A stretch of DNA of 64,000 nucleotides from Octopus sinensis (GCF_006345805.1 NC_043015.1:6200001-6264000); one strand, 5' to 3'. Positions 1 through 14,449 are shown, counted from the stretch's first letter. The notes: generated by a model from the sequence alone, not told the origin. Numbers and translations are program-made.

Positions 1-371
1 CTGATTGCACAGCCTCATAAAAATAACGGACAAATCCCCCTCCAATCTACTGTTTTAAAACACCAAGGCACTTTGGATGTTGCTGTCCAAATCAGCTGCC
101 ATTGACTGGATCCACTTTTATCTGAAGTCTGCTCTGTCAGAGCTAAAATGCAATATGCGTTAAATGACTGTGGTTTGCAGAACCGCAAACCTACCGAGTA
201 ATTTTCTTTTTCTTAATCATATTACATGCATGTCAACTATGCGAAACTTCGATCATTGTTCGTGAAATTAAAACACGAGTCACATAATCGCGTCAAATGT
301 TTAATCGACTCCTCTCCGCTAAAAATAATTATCTTTTTTATATATATATATTTAAGAAATCTTATGAAACA

Positions 372-1045
372 TACGTGGTCTGATCATTAAGTATCCGGAT
401 TATTACCATAGTAACGATGTTGAAGCAAGCAGAGTAAAGCTGCTGGGAACGGATTGAGCTCGAACGCTGTTGTCCATGCGCACTAAGTTTAAACGTCCTA
501 CCTTACTTTCGCTGTTTACAGCAGTGCTTGAAAGAAGGCGTGTCGCGTGTGATCGTCGAATTGGACATGTCAGAGAGAGTTGAGCTGACAATCAAATTTT
601 ACCAAAGGCTCGGCAATACCTGCTCAGAGGCCTTCGTTGTTGAGACAGTCAAGGAGATCTTGGGAACTGAAGCACGCGTGTCCTACTGGTTAGATGAAAG
701 CAGTTTTGGCGCCAACTTGGCAGACAAGCGTATCATACCCAAATCTTCAGTGATAACGGACTGAACTTAACTGTAACTAATCTGGCGATCTTCTGATAAC
801 TCACGGATGGTGATTTGACGATTTCCCTTCAGAGCTGCAGGCAAATCTGCGAAGTTTTTCTCAGTTCTGCTGGTTGCAGGTCTCCCAGAACGTTCGTCAA
901 TATCGACAATTTTCTGCAATCGTCGAAACAACTGATCCACTTGTGCACTTGTGTGTGACTCATACACTCTTCTCCTTACACTTTCTGCAACTTTGTGTAG
1001 GCCTCTGAACAGCTAACTTTGGAAGAAAATTATTATGACATAATA
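372..1045 (+). mobile_element. Decayed mariner (Tc1/mariner) transposon 5' part, with its internal 634-998 segment inverted
   Basis: TIR-like start TACGTGGTCTGATCATTAAGTATCCGGA at 372. The + strand encodes MSERVELTIKFYQRLGNTCSEA (567-633). The - strand continues CSEAYTKLQKV*GEECMSHTQVHKW..DERSGRPATSRT..ITIRELSED..ISYS*VQSVITEDLGMIRLSAKLAPKLL (HTH region plus a WVPHEL-equivalent). It contains stops and frameshifts. Confidence 0.85.
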
Positions 1046-3215
1046 TCTTCGAGAGAAAAGTTTATTTAATATCAATGCATTTAGAGATCAACACATTTGA
1101 ACATTCCAGGTACATTATTGCCATTTATGTAGAGAATTGGAATATTCAGTTCATCATTACGTAGAGGAATTCGTCTATCGAAGCAATTTATGTGTAGAAA
1201 TGTTGAAATATCTAAGTTAATTGTCTGCAGAAAAAAATATTATATTCAAATTAAATGTGATAAGAGAAATTTGTGTATTCGAGTTTTAAATAAAATTGTA
1301 TATGCACCTCACCTGTTGCTAAAGAAATTCTTTAATTAAAGTTAACATTGTAAAGTTAGATGTGTGTAATTAAATCAAGTGTGTGAGAAGTTAGAACATT
1401 CTCTGTTGCATTTCCATGTCTTTTAACTCTTTACTCTTAGCTCTTTATATATGCTTCCGCCTATGTTTTACTTTGTGTCACGGTCTTTGTCTGAATCTGT
1501 GTCTCAATATGTGCCTCAATATTTGTTTTCGGTATGTTTCTGATTTGTTTATATATATCTGTATCTTAATTTTCCTATCTGTCTCTATCCTTGCTTTCGT
1601 CTGATGCTGTGCTAACCTCATTCTCAGCACTTCTATGAGTATATATCTCAGGTTCTGGCTTGATATGTTTCTCATAAAATATTCTGAACATTCATCATGT
1701 AAATCTGTGACATATATGTGGTGAGTAGTTTCAATCTTAACCTTTTAAAACTCTGATATCTTCTCCTTCCTCTCTGGAAAATATTTTCATTTATAATTTC
1801 ATTGACGACATCGTTACTTCCTATCTAGTAATGGAATTAAACTTCAGTTAACTGTATCTATTGAACAAAACTTGGTGTTATTACATATTGACGGAAATGC
1901 CACATAATATATGGTAAACTAGGAAGTGCTTGATATTTCAATTGAAACTATATATGTTGCACAATCATCGCTCTACGATTTAAGCGTAAGCTTTCCTGAA
2001 GCTTTCCTGAATCGCGAATAACAGTTTTGAAATTTCTACCCCGTAAGCTGTCTGTCAGTGACTCGCATAAAGATATAAAGTTAAGAAAAAAAAACCAGAG
2101 AATTAAAAGTGTTCGAATACCTCATAGAGACAAAGTATTAGTAATCTAGATATAGTAATGATTCAGATACAAGTAACCTTAACATTGCCATTTTTCAAAC
2201 AGATCATATTCACTTCTTTTTTATTTTTTTCGCTGAGAAAAAGCCAGTGTACCCGATAAAATTTATTGCAATATTTGATGTAACTGTATAGGTTTTGAGT
2301 CCAGCATCCGCTGCTATCAATTTACTTTCTTTAATTCAATAAAGAAAACACAAGTGAAGCCACACTTGGTACGTTTGTCAGCTCCTAGCTATTCTGGGGG
2401 TAAGTTTGGTAAGGCCGAGAGTAGGACATGCCGACTTTTGATTTTATAGACATCTGAAGGAATTTTCAAATTTATGGCTGATTTTACAAAATTAGCTTAG
2501 ATTTTGAGTGTGGATCGTTGATAGTATTTAGTTAAGTGCTATCAGCAATCATTCCATGTTTGATAACGAAGTTGCATTCTACTCTTTTTTTCCACCGTGT
2601 ATTCTTTAACTCTAGAAAACTTGGCGGAAATTATAGCATCACAAATCCCAGCATGCTATCCGACTCAGCTATAATTAGTGAATATATTCCATCATACTGG
2701 AATATATTATGAAGACAACTGGATATAGGAATATATTTACTACGCATTGAATTAACATCTCAGCCGTTGTCGCGAATACAGAAATTCAAGACATTCACCT
2801 TACGCCTTAGCTTGGAAAAATTTCGAGAAATAATTCACGTGCATCAAGGTATATTACGACGGAAAAGGTGCCAGAACAGCTGGAGAGAATATGTAATATG
2901 ACATATACAAAATTGGCTTTGGCGAGAAATATTTTTCTCTCTTGTGGATTGTAATAACATGAATCATAACAGTTGTTTTTCTTGACGCCAGAAATCCATG
3001 AGGAACATGGACACACATCTCATTACTTATCGCGATAAAACTGGAACCGTTTCACTATATCTGTCTGTATTTGCGTGTATGTATCTATGTATGCATGCGC
3101 ATAAATATATAAGTGTGTGTATCTGGATAACTAGATGTCTTTTGACTTATTTATCTATTCATCTATATACCTGTATATATGTACTGATGTATGTATGCAT
3201 GTATGTATGTACGTA

Positions 3216-3232
<17 letters not shown>

Positions 3233-3305
<73 letters not shown>
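3233..3305. repeat. (TC)n(TA)n microsatellite
   Basis: Direct reading of the sequence. Confidence 0.95.
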
Positions 3306-3310
<5 letters not shown>

Positions 3311-3331
3311 ATTCGCTAGCCTCTGCACGCA

Positions 3332-4095
<764 letters not shown>

Positions 4096-4244
4096 TACAG
4101 CACAACTCACCATGCATCACAACTGCAGCATTATCCGCAAAATTGGCCGTCACTAAACTACTCTTCTGATGCTATATCGCAACACATTCTACTGCTTCAA
4201 GCTGCACCAGTTGTATGCCTTTCAACCTTTTTTTTTTTTTTGCT

Positions 4245-4390
4245 TCTCTATCTTTATATCCGCTCAGTCGAAGTCGACTCTCGATTACTCGATGTATCAG
4301 TGTCCTCCAGCCAGTTCTATCCTGGGTCGCTTCTTTCAGATTGGCTATGTCCATTCCCGTGTCATAAGACTCTTAATCAATGGTGTTCTC
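4245..4390 (-). mobile_element. 3' end of an RTE/BovB-clade LINE
   Basis: The minus strand reads ..DTGMDIANLKEATQDRTGWRTLIHRVIESRLRLSGY, matching the RTE ORF C-terminal pattern (L.E...DR..WR..VH.V..SR.RL), followed by an A-rich tail. Confidence 0.75.
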
Positions 4391-5046
4391 GAAGTAACAA
4401 TCTCTTCGTTTACCCGTTAGGTCATTGCAGAATGTACCATAGCGAATTTGAGACGCTACGGTTTGTCTAAGCAGGAACCCAATTGCTGCGTATGAGCACG
4501 TCTATGTATTCCAGTTGTGTGCATAACGGAATCTAACAACGATGAAACTTATTTCTGGTTTCCAGTACTTCTAAGTAGTTCAGGCCACTAGAATGTAATA
4601 TGTTCTAAGAATAAATAAATAAATATAAAATGATGCCAGAATATGATTTTCGTTGTGTCTTTGAAAAGTTAACCCATTTTCGAATATGCTTTAAATATTT
4701 TAGTAATTAATTTGAATAGAGCTGCGTTTCATTAACATTAAATTTTAGTCTGTTAAAATTTATATTTTATCTGAAAAACCAGACGTGTGAAACATAAATG
4801 AATAATGCTTTGAATGCGGGGGTTGTATGGCTTTAAAATATCCATATAGGTGTAAAACTTGTGTGTGCGTGCGTGTATGTAACACTGTGTGTGTATGTAA
4901 GTACGTACGTACTTATGTACTTATGTACGCATATGCGTCCATATATATAGCGAGAGAGAGAGAGAGAGAGAAAGAGAGACATATGTATATATACATACAC
5001 AAAGATATATATATATATATACACATATTTAGTGAGATATATATAT

Positions 5047-5107
5047 TCTCTTTTCTCTTTTACTTGTTTCAGTCATTTGACTGCGGCCATGCTGGAGCAC
5101 CGCCTTT
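5047..5107. mobile_element. Short SINE-like fragment (TTTCAGTCATTTGACTGCGGCCATGCTGGAGCACCGCC) between 36-bp direct repeats
   Basis: GC-rich island in TA-rich DNA, flanked by identical ATATATATATACACATATTTAGTGAGATATATATAT at 5011-5046 and 5116-5151. The family is recognised from memory only. Confidence 0.5.
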
Positions 5108-5138
5108 ATATACACATATATATATACACATATTTAGT

Positions 5139-5188
<50 letters not shown>

Positions 5189-5530
5189 TACACACATGTA
5201 TGGGTGCTCAAGTGTGCGTGTATATGGTATTGCGTGTTTGTGTCCGAGTCAAGCAAGGAGGCATAACAATCTCATTTTGTATGTGCTTAAGCGTGTAAAT
5301 GTATGAATTCTTATGCGAAATTTTTTTTTCAGGAATTATTGCATATTAATATAGACTTATCGGGAAAACCTCATAAACACTCGTCATATAATGAATTAAT
5401 TATGGAATTTAATTAATGATACTTGCTTATTTGTAACTCATCGATTTTACAACGCCTTTGTGTTGCTGGGAAATATTCGATGGAATATATATATCCGTGC
5501 CGTATGTTGTTGCTGCTGCAACTGTAGTCT

Positions 5531-5532
5531 TG

Positions 5533-5571
<39 letters not shown>

Positions 5572-5613
5572 TTTGTAGTAGCAGTAGTAGTAGTAGTAGT
5601 AGTAGTAGTGTTT

Positions 5614-5645
<32 letters not shown>

Positions 5646-5679
5646 TAGTAGTAGTAGTAGAGTAGTAGTAGTAGTGTTT

Positions 5680-5723
<44 letters not shown>
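5531..5723. repeat. (AGT)n trinucleotide array with recurring GTGTTT interruptions
   Basis: Direct reading of the sequence. Confidence 0.95.
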
Positions 5724-5849
5724 TGCTCCTATTGTCAATATGGCTAGTACTAACGTTCTGCTGTAGACTTCATTTGCATACACTGTATCTATTTCTGCTG
5801 TGCCGTCTTTCTATTAAACTGATGTCAGCGATCTTAATGCATAATATAA

Positions 5850-6096
5850 GGGCGGCGGCGAGGAGGACGGTGAGGAGGACGGTGATGTCGACGACGATGA
5901 AGAGGAACAAGAATGATGATGATGATGATGATGATAATGGCGACAACGTGGACGACGCTGATGAAGACGATGATCGTGATGTTGTTGCTGTTGTTGCTTT
6001 CGCTTTCATTGTTTACGATGTCGACGATGGCGACGATGGCCGAGTTACTGATGACGACGGCGACGATAATAATTGCGATGATAATGATGAAGATGG

Positions 6097-6134
<38 letters not shown>

Positions 6135-6515
6135 GTGGTTGTGGTGGTGGTGGTGGTGGTGATGATGAAGAAGACGATGATGGTGATGATGATGATGATC
6201 ATGATGACGATGACGATGATCATGATGACGATGATGGTGGTGGTGGTGGTGATGATGATGAGGATGAGGATGATGATGATGACGACGACGGCGATGATGG
6301 TGACGATGATTATCATTAATTCCAATATCCGTGATTATAATGGTAATAATGATTATTGCATTCACAATACTTATGCAGATGATGAAAGGAATGATGATGG
6401 TGATGATGATGATGATGATGAGGAGGAGGAGGAGGAGGTGATTGTCGATGAAGAGGACAATGTTTAACGGTAGTCGTGATGTTGTTGATGATGATGATGA
6501 TGATAGCGATGATGA
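5850..6515. repeat. Compound (GAT/GAC/GGT/GAG)n low-complexity block
   Basis: Direct reading. It yields poly-D, poly-M and poly-H pseudo-ORFs. Confidence 0.95.
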
Positions 6516-6621
6516 TAAAGAGCAGGAGATGGATTTGTTGGGTGGGGGGTAATGTTCGTGATAATCTTTTTCCACACTTCTGTTTCTTGCAGATAATAGC
6601 CATGGTCATTGTATGTTACAA

Positions 6622-6660
6622 TTGCTGCTGCTGCTACTGCCACCACTACTACTACTACTA

Positions 6661-6697
<37 letters not shown>

Positions 6698-6851
6698 TTA
6701 CTGCTGCTGCTGCTGCTGCTGCTACTAACATTACTGGTGCTGATTCTTTTTCTTCTCCTTCGTCTTCTTTTTCGTCTTCTACTACTACTACTACTACTAA
6801 TACTACTAATACTACTATTACTACTACTACCTCTACTACTACTATCACTAA

Positions 6852-6882
<31 letters not shown>

Positions 6883-6950
6883 ATAGCTCCTACTGCTCCT
6901 CCTACCACTACTACTACTACTACCACCACCACCACAACTACTACTACTGG
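6622..6950. repeat. Compound (GCT/ACT/ACC)n block
   Basis: Direct reading of the sequence. Confidence 0.95.
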
Positions 6951-7404
6951 TCCACAGAAATATTCAACTAGGTAATAATCAAACGAAATAGCTATTGTAC
7001 TCGATAGAAAATTAATATATATGTTTGTGCACATAGATGCGTGTATGTATAAATGTATATATATATGTCTGTATGCACGTTTATGCGTATGTACTATAAG
7101 TGTGGGTGTAGGGATGTATATATACATGGTTGTAAAGGATCTCACATATGCATACCTTAATAGAATGATATTCCCTTCATTGAGATTAATTAACGTAGTA
7201 GTGGTGTTATATTTTAATTTCTGAAATGAAAATATCTTGTGTAAATTTAAACAGAGTTGCGTTTGAGTCTGTTTGTAAATGAGACGCGGTTCTCTTCTTC
7301 ATATTAAACGGCTTGACGCATGGTTAGCAGAATCTTTGATGCACAAACTGTCTTCCAGTATTGAATTGCGTCTTTTTTTAATTTATTACTTCAAAGCACA
7401 CTAC

Positions 7405-7525
7405 GCTTCCGGCCGAACTGGCAGATTCTTTAAAGTTTTAGCTAGATTTCCTTGCAGTATTTCCGCCGGGATCATGTTACCCTTTCATCCTTTTGGGATT
7501 GATAAATAAAGTACCACTGCAGTAC
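7405..7525 (+). mobile_element. Old, diverged copy related to SINE family B
   Basis: GAACTGGCAGA..TTTCCGCCGGGATCATGTTACCCTTTCATCCTTTTGGGATTGATAAATAAAGTACCA resembles the reverse complement of 27999-28231. Confidence 0.55.
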
Positions 7526-9265
7526 AAGGTCGTGTCTTCTGTATTTCTTCGATAAATCGATTGTGGCTATATCTAGAGAAGGATTGGTTATGCTGGATTT
7601 ATAAATACCACTGGTGAACCATTTATCGAAACGGCATTCTTACACTTTCAACAAGACATACGTGTCTTACACGAGGTAAAGGATACAAAAGAAATATCCA
7701 TAAATTTCTTTGTTAACTTACTCCAACTTTGCCTACAAGAACTTTTGAAGACTTTTGGGTATATTAGCGATAATAATTTATGCAAAGGCGATGGATTAGT
7801 AGAATAAATAGTGGGAGATTAAGTCTTGTGCAACATTAAATCACACACTATTTACATTATGCGTTCAGCAGACACTGATATTAATTAATTCAGAAGGCAA
7901 CATAATACATATCCGTCATGTGCTTAACGGTCATATAGTCGATTACACCCTTCTCAATTCTTATTCAAAATCACATTCACAAAAACACACATACACATGA
8001 ACAAACACACACACACACACATGCACAGACACACACAAATACAGTTACTACACATACACACTTTTGCAAACACACATATAGTTTCAATAAGAATTCAGCT
8101 TTTAGATCAAGTGAATATTCTTACTCAAGAGAACAACGAGCAAGTAGTTGATTATTCAACAGGCAATTGTATTTCCAATATAATTCACTTGTGGAATAAA
8201 CATGAAAGATTGTAGAAGTGAAGGACGTTTGTATAACAGGTAAAATCTTGAGAGAGAGAGATAGTTAAAGAATAATCTATAGTAGTACAGGATTGGCATC
8301 TTTTTTTTATCGAACTCAAATTGATAAAAGGCAAGTGGTCGTTCAGAATGATACAAAGTGTTCAATACTCTTGCAAATATACTCTATTCGTCACCCAAAC
8401 GATTCTAACATTTCTGTGCATCTATTTTCCGATTTACAAGATTCTGATATGATCTTTGCCTCTCGTACCGGTTAGCAATTGTGTTCTAATGTATTCTCGG
8501 GTTTACCAGTACCTTGAAGCAATATCATTCACCATAGTTTCGGTTAACACAATGCTTTTCAGTGCTTATCAGAGACATTTGATTACCAACAATTATGAAA
8601 ATTACGTTGGATGCTTTGGACTGTAACAAAATCTCCTAGCCTTAATCATGCACTGGGGAAATTGTTGTGAGAATGGGTAATATTAAATGCGCAAGCGTTT
8701 GCGGAATATTTCGTCAGTTATACATTAAATCAATGAATAAGTTGATCAACTTAGCAAACAGCTGCAGAATCATCGCCGAATCTGACGAAAATCCCTTTAC
8801 TTATTACATATTCTACTTTATATACATACATTTATATGATATATACATACAGACATATATATATTGTACTGAGATTTTTTTATGAGAAAACTAGCCATTT
8901 CATCCAGAATTGCCAAGCAATAAACAAATAGCAAGCGAACAAAACAGAATGAACGAAGGAAGCAATACATTAGCTAAGTATGGCGCAGTTTCTTTAAAAA
9001 ATGTGTTTCCACCGGTTCAGTATTTTTTAGCGTTTGAAATTAAGGAGTGTGAAAGGTCAAACGTAAAATACTGTGAACTTTTAAAATAATATTCTTTTAA
9101 AAAATGGTTTGTAATGAAAAATAAGATTTAAGACAAGTTATATATACGTATGTGTATGTAAATGGATGCGTGTATGTATGTATGCATGTATGTATTTATG
9201 TACACATGTATGTATGTATCTTTATCTATGTATACATGTAAGTGACTGTATATGCACATACCTGT

Positions 9266-9344
<79 letters not shown>

Positions 9345-9345
9345 C

Positions 9346-9702
9346 GTGGAAGAGCAATGGACCAGTGGTTAGGGCAGCGGGCTCGCGGTCGTAGGATCGA
9401 GGTTTCGATTCTTAGACGGCGCGTTGTGAGTGTTTATTGAGCGAAAACACGTAATGCTCTACGACAATCCGGCAGGGTGTGCTGGCAAACTCTGCTGTAC
9501 TCTTTCACGACAACTTACTCTCATTGTTTCTTCTTGTTTCTATTGTACCTGTATTTCAAAGGGCTAGCCTTGTCACACTCTGTGTCAAGCTGAATCTCTA
9601 CGATGACTACGTTAAGGGTACACTTAACGCAATTTAATTTCGCGGCCAGGCTGTTCCGTTGATTATATCAAGTGGAGCACTAGTCGTAACCAATTGAGTA
9701 AC
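9346..9702 (+). mobile_element. tRNA-derived SINE family A (head H1, tail T1)
   Basis: A-box-like TGGACCAGTGG and B-box-like GGTTTCGATTC. The body and tail are homologous to 20829-21182 and 24447-24823. It is preceded by (TA)n. Confidence 0.85.
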
Positions 9703-9740
9703 GTAGTATATATATATATATTATATATATATATATATAT

Positions 9741-9778
<38 letters not shown>

Positions 9779-11109
9779 GTATATTCATAGCTAATATACA
9801 TAGAGCTATTTGTATACATTGATAGTCTCACACTCACACACAAGTACATATATATGTATATATATATACATTGCATATATACACACGCATTATTTATATT
9901 TGTATTATGTAGTATATTTATATTATATGTATAAATATACATTATGTATATTTATATATACATAAGGATATATAACTATTGTTTCGTGCGTGTGCTGTGT
10001 GTGCGTGAGTGTGCGTGTATGTGTGTGCGCGTGTGAGTGCGTGTTTTTGTGTTAGTAACTCTAGAGTTGTTTATTGGAAAACCTTATCGAGAATGGATGT
10101 GATGAGAAAAACATGGAATATTTCCATTTTGTAAACAGAAATTATAATGATAACTGAAATTATAATTGGGAATAAACTTATAGATCAATTTCGGGGAAAA
10201 TATTTCTCATCAAAATACATACAAGTATTAATCGACTATTCAATGGCTGCTGTATCAAATTCCTTCTGTATTGCATGGGAACAATATCAGCAATGAAATC
10301 GTCTCTACTTCACCTGCTTTATTTATGTATGTTTAACATATCTTTAAGTCCAATGAGATGCCATATAGGGTGGTATCTATGTACTCCGACACATCAACTT
10401 CACTGGAATTACCACATATCATCATATTCGATCCCCAAACGAAGCACAATGTATTTCAATAGTTGCCCTAATTCTTACGTGCTTAACCCAGCCCACCACA
10501 CAATAAACACGCATACCCACCTAAGTCACACCTAAACAAATTATATTATCTAAAGATTTCTTGGTAAAATCTAACTCTATTTTAAAAAAAGCTATTGAAA
10601 TTTCCATGAATTTATCACGTTTACACCTTCCAATTTATTAGAGGAGGTCTGATTAGCAAGAAAAAATCTCTAGTGCTTCAACAGGCTAGGTTTGATGTCC
10701 ATATCTTCTCATGGTCTAGAATGATGCATTGCCTATTCCGTCCATATATTCAAATCAATTATTTTTATTTGATGTTTCTCCTTTATTTTTCGCTTTTATA
10801 TCTATAAAACTCAAGAAGTTTCTGTTGCCTAATCATGAAGATATCTCAGTTCATCGAATCTATTTTTTCCGACTCTGTATATTATGTCATTAATCTCTTA
10901 TCATTTACTTTCAATCGTTGGACTACAGGAAAGCTGGAGAATCACCTTGAAGTGTTTAGTCAAACACATGGGCACCATTACCTATTTTCTTTAAGGCTTT
11001 ATTGTATTTCTATCGGTCTCTTTGTCGGAACTTCTAACTTAGGAGGATGTAAACAAACAAACCAGACTTGTGAAGCTGTACAAAATCAAAGATATACAAT
11101 CACATATAC

Positions 11110-11170
11110 ATTCATCCGTACAAGTGGTTGTGAAGCAAAATTCTTACCACACGGCCACACCTTCCGTATA
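11110..11170 (-). mobile_element. tRNA-derived SINE head fragment
   Basis: The reverse complement reads GGTGTGGCCGTGTGGTAAGAATTTTGCTTCACAACCAC (A-box-like head). Confidence 0.45.
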
Positions 11171-11282
11171 GTGACCATACGAGAAGCTCAAGGTATTGCT
11201 TTGCTCTAGCAATTTGGTGTAGTAACGTTATGACTCTTTACATGTTTATGCATATCCATGTAAAATATCTATGAATCTGTCA

Positions 11283-11315
<33 letters not shown>

Positions 11316-11399
11316 ACTAACCATCTCTTATATTCTATTCTATCGTCACTTTTTTTGCTCTTCATATAAACTTTATGCTCTACCTGTATCTCAACATTC

Positions 11400-11920
11400 A
11401 CCACTGAGGATGCTGCAAGGAATCGGACATCTACTTGAAACCCAAGGAATTTCAACAATTTATCTTTGATTGCGATTACTATCGATCTCTTGTAGTTTCA
11501 GCACTTTACCGAGCGAGAAACATCATTTGCATCATTGCACACTTGCTACGCAAACGTACCACTGCAGAATGATTCCTTTTTTACCTTGCCTCATTTAACT
11601 CTCTCATGTAATCTCGCACTCATCCGTAACTCCTGCTTACTATTTTCTGAACACGCAACATCCCAAAAAGATTCTAAACAACCCCTTGAAAAGTCTTTGA
11701 CATCTGCTCGTAATATTTCCTTGATACTACTTATCTACATATTATTTTCTCTCCTTGTTTCTCTCCTTGTTTTTTTCTGTGTCCCTTTCTGTAGAAGAGC
11801 GTAGGCTCGAAACATAAAATACTTTTTTTCTATTCCTGAGCGTTATACTAATACATCTGTTTGTTGTTTTATAAACCACCTGTCTTCGTCTTTTGTTTTT
11901 TTCGTAAACTCCCCTATTAT
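11400..11920 (+). mobile_element. Probable Penelope-like element remnant ending in the same hammerhead-like repeat as 3332-3510 (copy 2)
   Basis: 11745-11920 aligns with 3332-3510. The inclusion of 11400-11745 is less certain. Confidence 0.5.
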
Positions 11921-13155
11921 TAGGAAATACACTTGTCAATGAATACTGTCACGCGTTTCTATTCATCTCGGACATTATGCCAATGCTCGAACCTGAGTCA
12001 CAGTATTTTCCCACTAAATCTTATAGGTGGTCTTTCACACTCTTATCTACATCAGTATTGACAAGCTATGCTATACATTACGCATGAGGTAAAATATGAT
12101 GCTTTTTGCAAAATATTTTTATGCAATCTACTCGACACCCAGAGAGGTTTCGCCACTTCATCGACACATACCACGGTATCTCGGTTTTATGGCTATCACA
12201 GTTCCTCACATTCCGACAGGCATAAAACGAAGCAACTTAGATTTAAGCTCGACACAGCCATAACAACCAGACTTAATGAACCTCTCTTTTCTTTCCCCCG
12301 CCCTTTTTTCCCCCGAAGACTATTGAAACAAATTTTAAAATAACGGGGATTATTTATGCAAACGTCCCGTAATTCTTAATGGTATCGCTTCAAGCATTGC
12401 TCCGATTTCTTAATGCGTTTCGCATTTTTGTTTTCATCTATTCTTCTTTTGCTCCTCCATTCACATTCCTCTGTTAACTTCTCAAACAACCATTCCCTTC
12501 ATTATTTCTTTCCGTTACTTGTAAATACCAAAACTAAAATTTTTTCGCAGCTGTAAAGTAATAAATGGTGGATTGTTGTGAAACTAAAGAGTTTCAATGT
12601 TGCGTCCAGGGTTTTCAGCGAAATATTTTTGAAGTTAATCCATTTGACAAGAATTAGATAATTTACACGATAAAATTATTTAATTTTTACCCTAAGGATT
12701 AACATAGGCATTAACCGCGTACTTAGCTCTAAAAAAATATAAAAGAGAGGACGTCGTTCTGTACGAATTTTTAAAAAAAAATTCCCTTTGAAGATCTGTT
12801 TGTTATCATCTATAGTTACTAAATATATACATATTTAGTTCTTTTGATCTAAGTTTTGGTTATTGCCAAATGAATTTTAAACAGAAACAAAGAAAATCAC
12901 AACACAAGAATAGATCGAAACTCGCTATGATTGCTAGAACTGATTAAGCTGATTTCATTGATTAATTGATTGGTTATGTAACATATTCTCATCAAAATTA
13001 CTTTTTTTATATTTAGACAATTTATTAGATTAATAACAGAGATAATACTGTGAGTTGTTGATAAATTGTTTCACAAACACGACTCTATTTTTTCCTAACA
13101 GTATTATTAACAAGTTTTATTCCCATAGCGAGATACAAGTTACACATCTTCCTAC

Positions 13156-13214
<59 letters not shown>

Positions 13215-13532
13215 CTTTCACTGTCTGCGATATAACTGAATGTATCTGTACGAAAATAACACTATAGGGTGGAATTATATATTCCGGCTGCTGTCTTCCC
13301 TAAGAATGTGAGATTTAATAGAAAAATAGATGCCATTTTTCGGTAGACAAACAAACAGCTCAGGCTAATTTTAGAAACAAATTCGGTTTCATCTTTTCAA
13401 AATAACACGGAGCTATTTTTATGCACAGAACATCCTTGCGCCAAACATCTTCGAGAAAAAATAAGTCTATATCTATCTTTTTCCTATATTATCCACTGTC
13501 TCACCTATTATATATATACATACATACATACG

Positions 13533-13563
<31 letters not shown>

Positions 13564-13637
13564 TCAACCATACGCCTACACACATACAAACATATGTATG
13601 TGTATGTATACGCTCTCATATAAACCAACATACTACG

Positions 13638-13707
<70 letters not shown>

Positions 13708-14065
13708 GTGTGTATGCGTGTTCGTGTGTATGCGTGTGCCTGTCGATTTATATGAGAGTGTTTGTAAATTTCTTTCGGTATGTGTCTGCTCCAGTGGATT
13801 CAGGCTTAGAGAGAGAGACAGACAGACACAGAGAGAGAGAGAAAAGGGGGGGGGGATATATTATTACACAATGTATCTTGATATATCTTCCATCTATCTG
13901 ACGGCTTGTGAGATATTGTTTATTTCCGAAAACTGGTTTGCTTGCACCCATAAATACTCAGTGCAGTCGCTAGGCTACATTGTTCAAAGAAATATATGAA
14001 ACGCTTGTAATGAACATAGTGCTTCGGGTTCTCTATTTAGAAGGCTATCGAGTCCATATACGAGC

Positions 14066-14105
<40 letters not shown>

Positions 14106-14109
14106 CACA

Positions 14110-14117
14110 CATATCCA

Positions 14118-14156
<39 letters not shown>

Positions 14157-14165
14157 TAATATATA

Positions 14166-14202
<37 letters not shown>

Positions 14203-14302
14203 CTATATATATATATATATATATACATAAAGATATATATATACATATATATATATACATATATATATATTATATACATAAAGATATATATATATACATA
14301 TA

Positions 14303-14334
<32 letters not shown>

Positions 14335-14355
14335 TATATATATACATATATATAT

Positions 14356-14389
<34 letters not shown>

Positions 14390-14449
14390 ATATATATTAT
14401 ATATATATAATATATATATATATATTATATATATATATATCAGCATACG

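Noticed and set aside
10835-11209. 124-aa ORF
   Set aside because: Its 3' part is the antisense of a SINE head, and there is no protein-family signal.
11404-11448. CTGAGGA...GAAACCC motif
   Set aside because: It matches CUGANGA/GAAA, but no convincing stem II, helix III or NUH triplet is present.
12565-12657. 30-aa Cys-containing micro-ORF (MVDCCETKEFQCCVQG...) after a strong acceptor
   Set aside because: It is too short, lacks a signal peptide or family resemblance, and is expected by chance.
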